Source of the DNA: the human T2T-CHM13v2.0 reference genome, Homo sapiens
Length of the DNA: 64,000 nt
Direction of reading: 5' to 3'
Assembly: GCA_009914755.4 (NCBI GenBank)
Contig: CP068257.2
Span: 21,472,001-21,536,000, forward strand
Positions 12,990 through 23,634 of the stretch are shown here, in pieces. The notes under the pieces are model-generated. The model did not search any database, was not told the origin of the DNA, and saw nothing but the letters and a program-made list of their open reading frames with translations. The position numbers and the translations under genes are program-made. The first letter of the stretch is position 1; every line of letters begins with the position of its first letter.

Positions 12990-13320
12990 TTTTGTTTTGT
13001 TTTGTTTTGTTTTGTTTTGTTTTGTTTTTGTTTTTTGGGGAAGGTGTTTCACTCTCTTTTCTCAGGCTAGAGTGCAATGGCACAATTTTGGCTCACTGCA
13101 ACCTCTACCTCCAGGATTCAAGTGATTCTCCAGCGTCAGCCTCCTGAGTTGCTGGGATTACAGGCGCCTGCCACCGCGCCTGGCTAATTTTAGTATTCTT
13201 AGTAGAGATGGGCTTCACAATGTTAGTCAGGCTGGTCTCAAACTGCTGACCTCAGGTAATCTGCCCGCCTTGACCTCCCAAAGCGTGGGGATTACAGGCA
13301 TGAGCCAGTGCGCTCTGCCC
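12990..13320 (-). mobile_element. Alu SINE with a (GTTTT)n tail, i.e. (AAAAC)n on the Alu strand, adjacent to the previous Alu
   Basis: ttttgtttttgttttgttttgttttgttttgttttgtttttgttttttgggg then ...tctcaggctagagtgcaatggcacaattttggctcactgcaacc...gggattacaggcatgagccagtgcgc. Confidence 0.9.
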
Positions 13321-15424
13321 TAATTTCAAAAGTCATTAAATTGGCTGAAGACAAATTGGGTCTCTCATGTAACAAACAGATCATTTGAAAGTTAATAAAA
13401 GAGGGAGCAATTTATTTTTCATTACTTTTTTGTAAATATATGAAATAATTATTCATTTAATACTTTCATGTTTTGTGATCTTTTCCTATCTCATTTCTTA
13501 TTTAATTCTACAGGGCTGTAATTTCTCCTTTAATTCATCTTTTGTCAGAATAATAATGAGAAATAATTATAAATTATTAAAGGAATCTTGATCCATAGCA
13601 ATTTCAAATCTTCCTCTTTTTTTACTGTTATTTTTATTTCAGAACAAATCATTATGTTTTTTCTAGGTCTAATTATATGTGCATATTTTTCCATAGGATG
13701 TATTAATTTCACTAAATGTTTTATCTTATTGTGTTTGAGATATATTCATTTTTCTCTCTACATTTTCATGACTTACATATGAACTTTTACTTTCTAATTC
13801 AGTACTATGTATAATCATAAAGCCAGGTAACTAAGACATGTTTTCACAAAGAATGAGGGGATATTTGTTAGTTAATGTAGTTTAAAATGGTGCTAAATAA
13901 TACTATGAGTTCAAGATATCTCTAGTGCAGTTAGTCTTTAGAACCATCTACATTTTGTCATAAATGGCATGAAAACAGATTATACGGTGATTTTTATGGT
14001 AGTGAGCTGGAGAACTGATGTATTCTAATATAAATCAATATCTACTTAAAGAGTATTTGATTCCATTGTTGTACAAACAATGATATATAAAATGAAAGAG
14101 AAACAAGACTTCAGAAACCTAGGTTTTAAGATTTCCTAAGTCTATTAGTTGTTAGTCAATTTCCCCATTTATTCTCAGTTTCTTTAGTAGGTAAACGATG
14201 ATATTGATAAGTGATAGTGTATTTTATATTTTATTTATCCCTGCTAGGCTTTCTGTTGTTATTTATTCTGTTTTATCTAGTTTATTCTGGTTATCTAGTA
14301 ACCTTCTCTGCTTGGCTAGTAAATGTCGGACAACCCCTTTCTCTTACATTTATATGCTTGGCCTAGGTAATTTCTTCTACATCTTTAATTGCAATTACTT
14401 TATTGCACTGATTCTCACATTTGTTTCTCTGCTATGTTTGTGCTTATCCCAATCCTTGTGTCCAGTTGCTACCTTGATATTTCTACTATAGTTAGAAGTC
14501 CCAACAGTACCTTACAAGCAACATTTCTGAAATATAACCTATCTTCCTTCTGTTATTCAAAATGTTTACACTTGGTGATACTGCTAGTAGTCAAGGACAC
14601 CACCACTAATTCATACAGCATTCCAGAAACCTAAGTCATTCTTAGAATTCTTTTCCTCATGCCTCTTGTAATCCATAATATCTTTTCAATTTCATTCCTA
14701 AAACTTGTTTGAAAATGTCCACTTTTTTATACTTCCATTTAATCTATGCTAATGTCACCTCTAAGCTGTACTCCTGGCACTTTCTCCAAAATAATCTTCT
14801 CCCATCAACTCTGACTCACTTCTAATCTACTGTCTCCACTGGTGACAGAGTTTTCTTGTTAAAAACTTGATTTTGTGCCACCCTTTTTCAAACCTGGGCC
14901 CATCACCATATTTCCCTAATAAGACCTCCAAGCGTCAGTTGATCAGCCAGACTTCTGCCTTCTAGATGCATCTTTTGCTATTTTCTCCTTAACCTTTTGG
15001 ATTCCAGTCCCAGGGGCCCTTTGATTATTCAGGTCCATTAGCATTTCACACACACTCTAGATAGCAGTACTACCTCTCCTTAAATTAGTTTCTATTCATC
15101 TATCGATTCTTAGGTCAAAAACTACTACCGCAATGAGTGGGAAGTCAGATGATTAATGTCTGCTGTTTACACAGAAACTTGCAGAGATTTACAGCAAGAG
15201 CATAAGTATATCAAGATGACAATAACAACAATGTTTAACATCTAGAAGCCACTTCCAACAAAACCATGTGGAAGGCGGGAGCAAATTGCATAGATGTGGA
15301 CAATGAGATTTGGAGAGTTTACGTAACTTGCTAAAGGTCATGCACCCGGAAAACTTGACAAAAGGACTGTATAGTTAATAACAATGCTGCCTCAGAATCA
15401 GTTTCCTTCCATGTTAATTTATTA

Positions 15425-15625
15425 TTTTTCCTTCATTTTCACACCTAGCAACGGCAGGTGGCGTCCTTGTGGTGGTGCACCTCTCTAACACTTCTTTCAT
15501 CTCCACATTTTTCATTAACCACAGCAAGGAATGATTCTGTGTTTCGTCATTCATGTGATTAAATTGTAGCCACCTGGATAACCTAGGATCTCTCTTCATC
15601 TCAAGATGCTTAAAAACAAGCATGA
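15425..15625 (+). mobile_element. Fragment of the same MLT1-type LTR family as 11945-12512
   Basis: cacctagcaacggcaggtggcgtccttgtggtggtgcacctctctaacacttctttcatctcca...cattaaccacagcaaggaatgattctgtgtttcgtcattcatgtgattaaattgtagccacctggataacctaggatctctcttcatctcaagatgcttaa is about 85% identical to 12230-12420. Confidence 0.55.
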
Positions 15626-15888
15626 CCTGGGACATGAAATTCTTTGCATTGTTATAGAAATGACAATTCTGCTTAATCAAAAATACAATAAAAATATTTT
15701 TAAAATTGTCTTGTATTTCTCCATGATTTTTAAATTTTGACTAGAAATACTTTATTGTACAGATTTATCATCTCTACTCTGTCATAGATGAAAATGTCAA
15801 TCTATATCTCAGAAAAACTATTCACTATAAAAATAAAATTTCCTATTTTATCTTAATATTTCTTATTGAGTGATAAAATACAGTTTTT

Positions 15889-16190
15889 TTGCTGGGCATG
15901 GTGGCTCACGCCTGTAATCCCAGCACTTTGGGAGGCCAAGGTGGGTGGATCACGAGGTCAGGAGTTCAAGACCAGCCTGGCCAAGATGGCGAAACCCTGT
16001 CTCTACTAAAAATACAAAAAATTAGCAGGGCGTGGTGGCACGCGCCTGTAATCCCAGCTACTCTGGAGGCTGAGGCAGAGAATTACTTGAAACCTGGAGG
16101 GGTGGAGGTTGCGGTGAGCTGAGATCGTGCCACTGCACTCCAGCCCGGGTGACAGAGTGAGACTCCGTCTCAAAAATAAAAAAAAAAAAT
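15889..16190 (+). mobile_element. Alu SINE (AluS/Y-like), full length, with poly-A and TSD AAAATACAGTT
   Basis: ttgctgggcatggtggctcacgcctgtaatcccagcactttgggaggccaaggtgggtggatcacgaggtcaggagttcaagaccagcctggccaagatggcgaaaccc...gtctcaaaaataaaaaaaaaaaa. The motif aaaatacagtt flanks both sides. Confidence 0.95.
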
Positions 16191-16221
16191 ACAGTTATCT
16201 TTTAGCTCTCTTGTAAAACTA

Positions 16222-16930
16222 GTGGTTTGGGCATTTTTAAATTCCAATTATATGCATGGTGAATGATCTCTTTAATGTACTGTTGAATTTTGCTTGCTAG
16301 AATTTTGTTGAGAACTTTTTTGCTGTGTTCATCAGGGATGTTGGCCTGTAATTTTCTCTTCTTGTAGCGTCCTTCTCTCGCTATGATATCAAGGTAATAC
16401 TGGCCTCATAAAACAAGATTGTAAGTATTCTTTCTTCTTCAGTTTTATGGAAGAGTTTGAGATGGATTGTTCTTTAAATGTTTGAGAGAATTCACCTGTG
16501 AAAGTATCAGGTTTTGTGCTTTACTTAAATGGGAGATTTTTTATTACTGATTGAACCTCTTTATGAGTTATTGGTTTGTTTAGATTTTCTATTTCTTCAT
16601 AATTCAGTCTTGATAAGTTACATTGTGTCTAAGAATTTATCAATTTCTTCAACATTAACCAATTTGCAGGCATATAATTTTTCATGGTATCTTGTAATGA
16701 TCCTTTGTATTTATGTGGTTTTGGCAGAATGTCTCCTCTTTCATTTCTGATCTTGTTTATCATCAAAAAGAGTCATTTCTTTTTTATTTACTGTGGATAT
16801 AGGTTGGTTAATTTTGTTTATTTTTTCACAAACCAACTCTTCTTTTGTTGACTTTATCTTTTTTAGTCTCTATTTATTCATTTCTGCTCTGATCTTTATT
16901 ATTTCTTTCCTTCTGCTAACTTTGCAGAAT
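16222..16930 (-). mobile_element. Old L1 ORF2 segment (region between endonuclease and RT, through start of RT) in antisense orientation
   Basis: atgcatggtgaatgatctctttaatgtactgttgaattttgcttgctagaattttgttgagaactttttttgctgtgttcatcagggatgttggcctgtaattttctcttcttgtagcgtcc...caaaccaactcttcttttgttgactttatcttttttagtctctatttattcatttctgctctgatctttattatttctttccttctgctaactttg matches L1 antisense. Confidence 0.7.
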
Positions 16931-16944
16931 TGTGAAGTTTTAAC

Positions 16945-17575
16945 GTAACTGAAAATACCAGGAAACTGAATTCAATAGCATGTTAAAAGAATCATTCACA
17001 ATGATAAAATGGGGTTTATCTCAGGGATGTTTCAACATATGCAAATCTATAAATATGATAAACCACATTAACAAAATGAAGGACAGAACTGTTATTATCG
17101 TCTCTAGATTCAGAAAATGCATTTGACAAAATTCAACATTCTTTCATTATAAAAACTCTCAACATGTTAGTTATAGAAGAAATGTACCTTAACACAGTAA
17201 AGGCCATATATGACAAACCCACAGTTAATATACACAAAAGTGAGAAGTTGAAAGATTTTTATTTAAGACAGGGAATGAGAGAAGGATGCCTACTCTTGCC
17301 GCCACTATTCAACATATTACTAAAAGTCCTAGCCTGAGAAATTAGGCAAGAGATAGAAATAAAAGATCCAAATTGAAAAGGAAGAAGTTAAAGTGTCCCT
17401 GTTTGCATATTAAAGGATCTCTTGGACATTGACAAACATAAAAACTCAATAAAAAACTGTTAGAGCTTATAAACAAATTCACTAAAGTTGCAGAATATAA
17501 ACTGCATACAAAATAGTTTATGATACTTTACCTGGGAAAAATTTTGAATTGAAGATTTGAATGTTGATAATACTC
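16945..17575 (+). mobile_element. Old L1 ORF2 reverse-transcriptase segment in sense orientation, abutting the inverted segment
   Basis: Translation MGFISGMFQHMQIYKYDKPH...KMHLTKFNILSL...LSTC...EEVKVSLFAY matches L1 ORF2 [24 protein letters not shown]...[14 protein letters not shown]...GKEEVKLSLFADD. The GFIPG motif is present at the ends of both segments, i.e. a roughly 20-nt overlap at the inversion junction. Confidence 0.7.
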
Positions 17576-19109
17576 CAAAAATTATTTAGGACTATATATT
17601 GTATTATGCTAAAGAAGAATTATATACAATCATTTATCAAATAATTGCTGAGGACCTACTAGACATCAGAAAATGAGAACAAGAAGACAAAGGTGAAAAA
17701 TGGCCATAGAATTTGGCTGCTAAGATGTAACCTGTAGTTCCCCTATACAAGACAAACAGTTGCATGTAAAGTTAACAAAAGAGTAAAAAATCAAGCTAAC
17801 ACTCCACACTCACTATGGTAATGAAAAGCAACAGCAATACTACTCTGGAATCATATCTGTACAAAGGAACAATATAAAAAGTTATGTCAGTATAAAAATA
17901 AGCCAAAATCCTTCTCTTTGGCTAGCATAAGTGGCAACTGCCTTTTTACCAATGGCAACTCTAGCCCTGCTTCATTCCTCTCACCTTATAGATAAGAATT
18001 ATTTCGATATCCAATTGTTGAATTGCCCCTCTTTTTTGGCAGCATGTTATCCAGAACAAATTGTTGCTTCTTTGAATCCCCTCCGAAATCACTTAATACA
18101 AGTGAAAATCCTATAGCAAGACCCTTCTAACTCTCTTACTGACACATTCTCAATTCCTTTAATGCCATCTCTTCTTTAGTTAAGCAAGTTAATAAGCCTA
18201 GCTTTTTTTTTTTTTAACCAAGTTGTTTTCTAGGTTGTCTTTTGGCACTAGACTTTAACAATACTGTGCCAAAAAATAAGTTCAGTGTTGTTGGAACTTA
18301 ATTTTCAACAGAGTTGTATGTGACAATATTGAAAAGGCTAAAAAGGGTCAGTTTATGCAAAGCCAAATAGGCATCATTAACGTTTATTTTCTTGAATTTT
18401 ATATTTATCATATATACATGTTAATTTAGAGAGGTTTCATAATTGATACTTATAGTATATAATATTTAGTTTATATTTTTACTACATATGTATGTAGATG
18501 CAGGCATACATATGGATGTCAGTTCTATTTTTCTTTTCAGTTTTACTAGGGTTTTCTATGTTGCCTCATTCAGCCTTTATGTGTATTTATCTTACATTTA
18601 TTATTTCAATGACAATCAATGTAGCCCTGGGTCTTTATATCGATGTAAGTTTCTACATTTTTTTTTTACCACAGCAATCAACCAATCCAACAGTGCTTCT
18701 GTTTCATGAGTTTGAAACAGGATATTTCATGTCACTTTGGCCACAAGTTGAAAATTACATACTTTAGTCACCAGTGCAGCAGCAGTGTATAACAATATGG
18801 AAGTTCAAAGTTACAAGTATGCAAACAAACAAAATCTGATAGTATAATTATTTCTAATATCTTTTAAAATCTTATATCCTATCTGAAGTTCTGCAGAAAA
18901 TTTGCTAAGTTATGCACAAAGGACTGGGATTCTTACTTCAATTTATCTTAACAATTAGAGTAAAGGGAGTTGAAAATATCACCATCATTAACTAATAAGG
19001 GAAACACTCTGGAAATTGCTTTTTAGGAAGAAATAACATTAGGTTTTTCTGTTCATGGGAACACAGAATTAACAGCATCTTGCTAAATGGCTATAAAGCC
19101 TTAACATAT

Positions 19110-20155
19110 TGGGGGAACCCGCCCCCGATAATTCAACGTGAGTCCTTTTCTATTTTCCCTAAGTGTCGGCTGGTCTGAGAAATAAAGGGAAAGAGTACAA
19201 AAGAGACAAATCTTAAAGTTGGGTGTCCAGGACAGACATCACATGTCGGCAGGTTCTGTGATGCCCCCCCAAGCAGCAAAACCAGCAAGTTTTTATTAGT
19301 GATTTTCAAAAGAGGAGGGAGTTTATGAATAGTGTGTGGGTCACAGAGATCACATGCTTCACAAGGTAATAAAATATCACAAGGCAAATGGAGGCAGGGC
19401 AAGATCACAGGATGGGGTGAAATTAAAATTGCTAATGAAGTTTCAGGCATGCGTTGTCATTGATAACATCTTATCAGGAGACAGGGTTTGAAAGCAGACA
19501 ACCGGTCTGACCAAAATTTAGTAGGCGGGAATTTCCTCATAAGCCTGGGAGCACTACTGGAGAGTGGGGCTTATTTCTTCCCTTATCAACAACCATAAAA
19601 GACAGAGGTCCCCATAGCAGCCATTTTAGAGGCCTACCCCTAGGAACACATTCTCTTTCTCAGGGCTGTTCCTTGCTGAGAAAAAGAATTCAGCGTTATT
19701 TCTCCTATTTGCTTTTGAAAGAAGAGAAATATGGCTCTGTTCTGCCCGCCTCTCAGGCAGCCAGACCTAATGGTTATCTCCCTTATTCCCTGAACATCAC
19801 TGTTATCCTGTTCTTTTTTCAAGGTGCCCAGATTTCATATTGTTTAAACAATTTGGCAGTTAACGCAATCATCACAGGTTCCTGAGGTGACATTCATCCT
19901 CAGCTTACAAAGATGATGGGATTAAGAGATTAAAGAGAGGCATAGGAAATCACAAGAGTATTGATTGGGGAAGTGATAAATGTCCATGAAACCTTCACAA
20001 TTTGTGTTCAGAGATTGAAGTAAAGACAGGCGTAAGAAATTATAAAAGTATTCATTTGGGGAACTAATAAATATCCATGAAATCTTCACAATTTATGTTC
20101 TTCTGCCATGGCTTCAGCCGGTCCCTCCGTTCAGGGTCTCTGACTTCCCGCAACA
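19110..20155 (-). mobile_element. Solo ERV LTR (ERV1-class, HERV9/LTR12-like by architecture), about 1046 bp
   Basis: On the minus strand it begins TGTTGCGGGAAGTCAGAGACCCTGAACGGAGGGACCGGCTGAAG and ends ...GGGGCGGGTTCCCCCA (TG...CA). The minus strand has AATAAA followed by cttgctggttttgc at about plus coordinate 19296. It is relatively CpG-rich and has two tandem roughly 70-bp U3 repeats. A possible short direct repeat TTAACAT flanks it. Confidence 0.6.
19928..20100. repeat. Tandem roughly 70-bp duplication inside the LTR U3 (enhancer-like repeat)
   Basis: gaggcataggaaatcacaagagtattgattggggaagtgataaatgtccatgaaaccttcacaatttgtgttc is followed directly by gacaggcgtaagaaattataaaagtattcatttggggaactaataaatatccatgaaatcttcacaatttatgttc. 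Confidence 0.8.
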
Positions 20156-21452
20156 TTAACATGTAAATGTCAGGTGATTTGCAGTGATCTAGCCAAAGAC
20201 TGGCAGATCATTTCAATCCATCAATTGTGCTAAGAGCATTAAATAACACATATTATAATTAAGCTATTTAATCTATTGACCCAATGCTATGATTAGAATC
20301 TGGAAGAAATTAGACAAATAATTACATGACAGATTTAGAAAGGAGAAATAAACCAGATAGCGGATTAATCCGTTATTTCTTTGAAGATATTTAGGGCAAG
20401 TGTAGCTGTTGTTCCATTTTTTTTAAAAAAAATGAGGAGACCCTCATTCTAATATTAAGCTATCAATCTCTAAGAAACAAATATCTTTTGGGAGTTAACC
20501 GTTACTTACAATAACAGTAAGCAACTCAACAAATATAATTATTCCTGGACTAATTATAGTATTCTATCATGAAACAAGTGCTTACTAATCAGATTTCCAA
20601 TGAGACCATTACTCTTCAGAAAGAGACTGCCTGAGGGGTAGCATAAAAAACCCCTTGTCCCTGTTACCACACCAAATTAAAAACTCCCTAGTTCTTTCAA
20701 ATACATGTAAGACATATGTCTTGCCCATGTTTTTAAGATCTCTAAAACTTTCAGGACCACCATAGACTACTCTTGTTCTCTGAGAACAGATACTGTCACA
20801 CACCAAGAAGTCTGTTTGAAGAGGTAGAGACCTCCATCTTTCAAAACCTAGTTTTAAGACCCAGACATAAATCTGGACTAGAGGCCATAGATGCTTCTTT
20901 CTAGAAGCTAAAAGCCTCCTGAAACCATTTTTTAAAAGTGTTTACCTGAAACACAATATGCCTCATATTATTGTCCTGACAACCATCATGAGGAAATTGT
21001 TTCTTTTCATCTCCTACTCTACTTTTATCCCTATAATATTGTTTTTTACTTCACTATTTCTGATCTCTTTTTTCTAAAATCACACCCAATCATTGGAAAG
21101 GCACTGCATCCAATGTAAGTAGGAGAAATGTCTGATTCATTGGTTTAATGGGAAGAGGGAACAGCACAATCACAAGGGGGGGGGATGGATTAATTAATCT
21201 GAAGACATGTTCATAGGATAAGTACGAAGCAGTCAGACTAGAGGAGGTTTTGCAAAGGTATTAAGTGTATCTGAATGTTTCCAATGCTAGCACTACAAAA
21301 ACATTTGATTTAAAACAAAATTACAAACTTTATTTCAGTCAGATTATTAGATCAACAACTTCCATCAGCTCAATCCATCTGAAGCAGCTTTGAATTTTAC
21401 TTTCTATAATAGATTGTTATGTTTAACATATCTATATGTTAAAAGATATGTA

Positions 21453-21975
21453 GAATTAGGGAATCTATTAATATGTTCCTTCAATACAGGGGTCAATAAA
21501 TTTTTTTCAGTAAGGGCCAGATAGCAAATATTTTAGGCTTCACAGGCTAGTCTTCATGGGAACTATTAAACTTTGAAATAATAGCATGAAAGCCATCACA
21601 TATAATAGAGAAATTAATGTGCAGAGCTGTGTATATAAAAGATATATAGTAAAACAAGAGAAAGCAAGATTTGATAGATACCATATCTACTAAAGTAGGC
21701 ATCTGTGAACTGCCTGGAGACAAAAATCCTACCTACTGTAATTTTGAGTGTGTGTGTGTGTTTATTTTTAAATAAACTCTAATAAACTCTATTAGAACAC
21801 AGTTACACACATTAATTTCTCTATTATATGTGATGGCTTTCATGCTATTGTGGCAAAGTTGAATAGTTCTGATGAAGGCTAGCCTGTAAAGCCTAAAATA
21901 TTTGCTATCTGGCCCTTATTGAAAAAAATGCATTGACCCCTGTATTAAAGGAACATTTTAATAGAATCCCTAATT
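21453..21975. repeat. Palindromic element: two roughly 172-bp inverted arms (about 91% identical) around a roughly 175-bp spacer containing (GT)7; probable non-autonomous DNA transposon (MITE-like) or palindromic duplication
   Basis: The left arm 21453-21627 (gaattagggaatctattaatatgttccttcaatacaggggtcaataaa...catgaaagccatcacatataatagagaaattaatgtg) is the reverse complement of 21800-21975 (cattaatttctctattatatgtgatggctttcatg...tttattgacccctgtattaaaggaacattttaatagaatccctaattc). I count about 15 mismatches over 172 positions. Confidence 0.7.
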
Positions 21976-23160
21976 CAAATAATTTAAACAAGACATTTTT
22001 TGTTATAGTTTTAAAGTATGTAGTTATTCATGTATTGTAATAAATTTATCATTATCCAAATAATTGTGATAACTAATAATGTATAATTCTGTGCAATAAT
22101 GTTTCTATTTAAAAGTTATTAGTATATTTTTATGACAAATAAATACATATGCTATATAAATATAAAATATATTTATTTCAACTATCACTCCTACCAGGTA
22201 AGTTCAGTCTAGGGTTACAAACAGGAAGAAAAGCTTTATCTGGTCTCTTAGGGTTTATAGCCTGCTGATATATTTTTTCCCATTATTTTTTGATGCTTCT
22301 GTGAATAGTGCTAATACTTGCTGTCAAAGGTCTTTATAAATGTACCTTTTCACCTTTCTCCTATTTATCTCCAAATAGCTGACCTTTCCTGCTTGTCATA
22401 GCTGGCTCTGCTTCACCCTGATGCTAAAATTTTTGTCACAAGGGATGATGTTTTGGATTTGAGTCTGACAATAGCTGCACCTTTTACAACCACACAATGT
22501 GAATTTTGCAGCCTGGGATACTGTAGCTTCAGATCACTGCTGACCCATAGCATATATTAACCAATTGGACTCATTTTCTTTTGGTGCTCCGATATGTGGA
22601 GTTTGCCCTAATTTCAATGTTTTCTGTTAGAATATTCTATTTTTATTAAAGTAATTTTATATTTCACACAAATATTCCAGTTATTTCAGATTTTTTCTCC
22701 ACCATAGTAGTCAGATACAAGTCCACCAGAGTAGGTGTTGGAGATAATTCTAATGACAGAAACATTAGAAAATTCAAATATGCTTTTCTCCTCTGTTTTC
22801 TGAGCCAATATGATTGTACCAAATTGTCTTGTATAATCTACTTTTTTTCTTAAAATTAGTTAATTTCAAAAAGATTTTCCTTTCTAGGATTAAGGACCCA
22901 ATAAATTGATTGTCACTAATTATCCACCAATTCTCATAGTTTTGTTTATCAGTGACAAACTTAATTTATGCTCTATTAAAACTTCTACTATACAATCTCT
23001 CTAGGGAGAGAAGGATACTGACATTTAAATGGCAGGATTACACAACTGTAAAACATACATAAGGTTACCAAACTCTCCCTAAAAATTACACATAAGGAGC
23101 TTTACTAAATAGTAGGGAAAGATTATGAGTCACAGCATTTTCTCTGAATGCAGTGTAACG

Positions 23161-23634
23161 TGAACCCCAAATATCTGAGCTAGGTCTCAGTCAGTTTAGG
23201 AAGTTTATTTTGCCAAAGTTAAGGATGTGCACCCATGACACAGCCTCAGGAGGTCCTATGACATGTGCCCAAGATAGTCCGAGCACAGTTTGGTTTTATA
23301 CATTTTAGGGAGACATGAGATGTCAATCAACATATGTAAGATGAACATTGGTTTGGTCCAAAAAGGCAGGACAACTCAAGTCAAAGGCAGGACAACTTGA
23401 AGTGGGGAGGGGGCTTCTGGGTAATAGGTAGGTAAGAGACAATTGGTTGCATTCTTTGAGTTTCTGATTAGCCTTTCCAAAGAAGCCTATCAGGTATGCA
23501 TTTATATCAGTGAGCACAGGGATGACAATGACTTTGAATAGAATGGGAAACAGGTTTGGCCTAAGCAGTTCCCAGCTTGACTTTTCCTTTTAGCTTAGTG
23601 ATTTTGGGACCCTAAGATATATTTTCCTTTCACA
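23161..23634 (+). mobile_element. Unclassified roughly 475-bp interspersed repeat, copy A (TG...CA termini, LTR-like)
   Basis: TGAACCCCAAATATCTGAGCTAGGTCTCAGTCAG...GATTTTGGGACCCTAAGATATATTTTCCTTTCACA is about 85% identical to 29893-30367. The flanks are unrelated, so the boundaries are discrete. Confidence 0.65.

Noticed and set aside
17580-17700. Possible MIR SINE fragment (…ttatcaaataattgctgaggacctactagacatcag)
   Set aside because: It shows only an approximately 20-bp resemblance to the MIR core, which is too weak to call.
19110-20155. Considered whether the roughly 1-kb CpG-richer block is a CpG island or promoter of a host gene
   Set aside because: Its TG...CA termini, internal AATAAA and tandem U3 repeats indicate a retroviral LTR. 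CpG density is still far below CpG-island thresholds.
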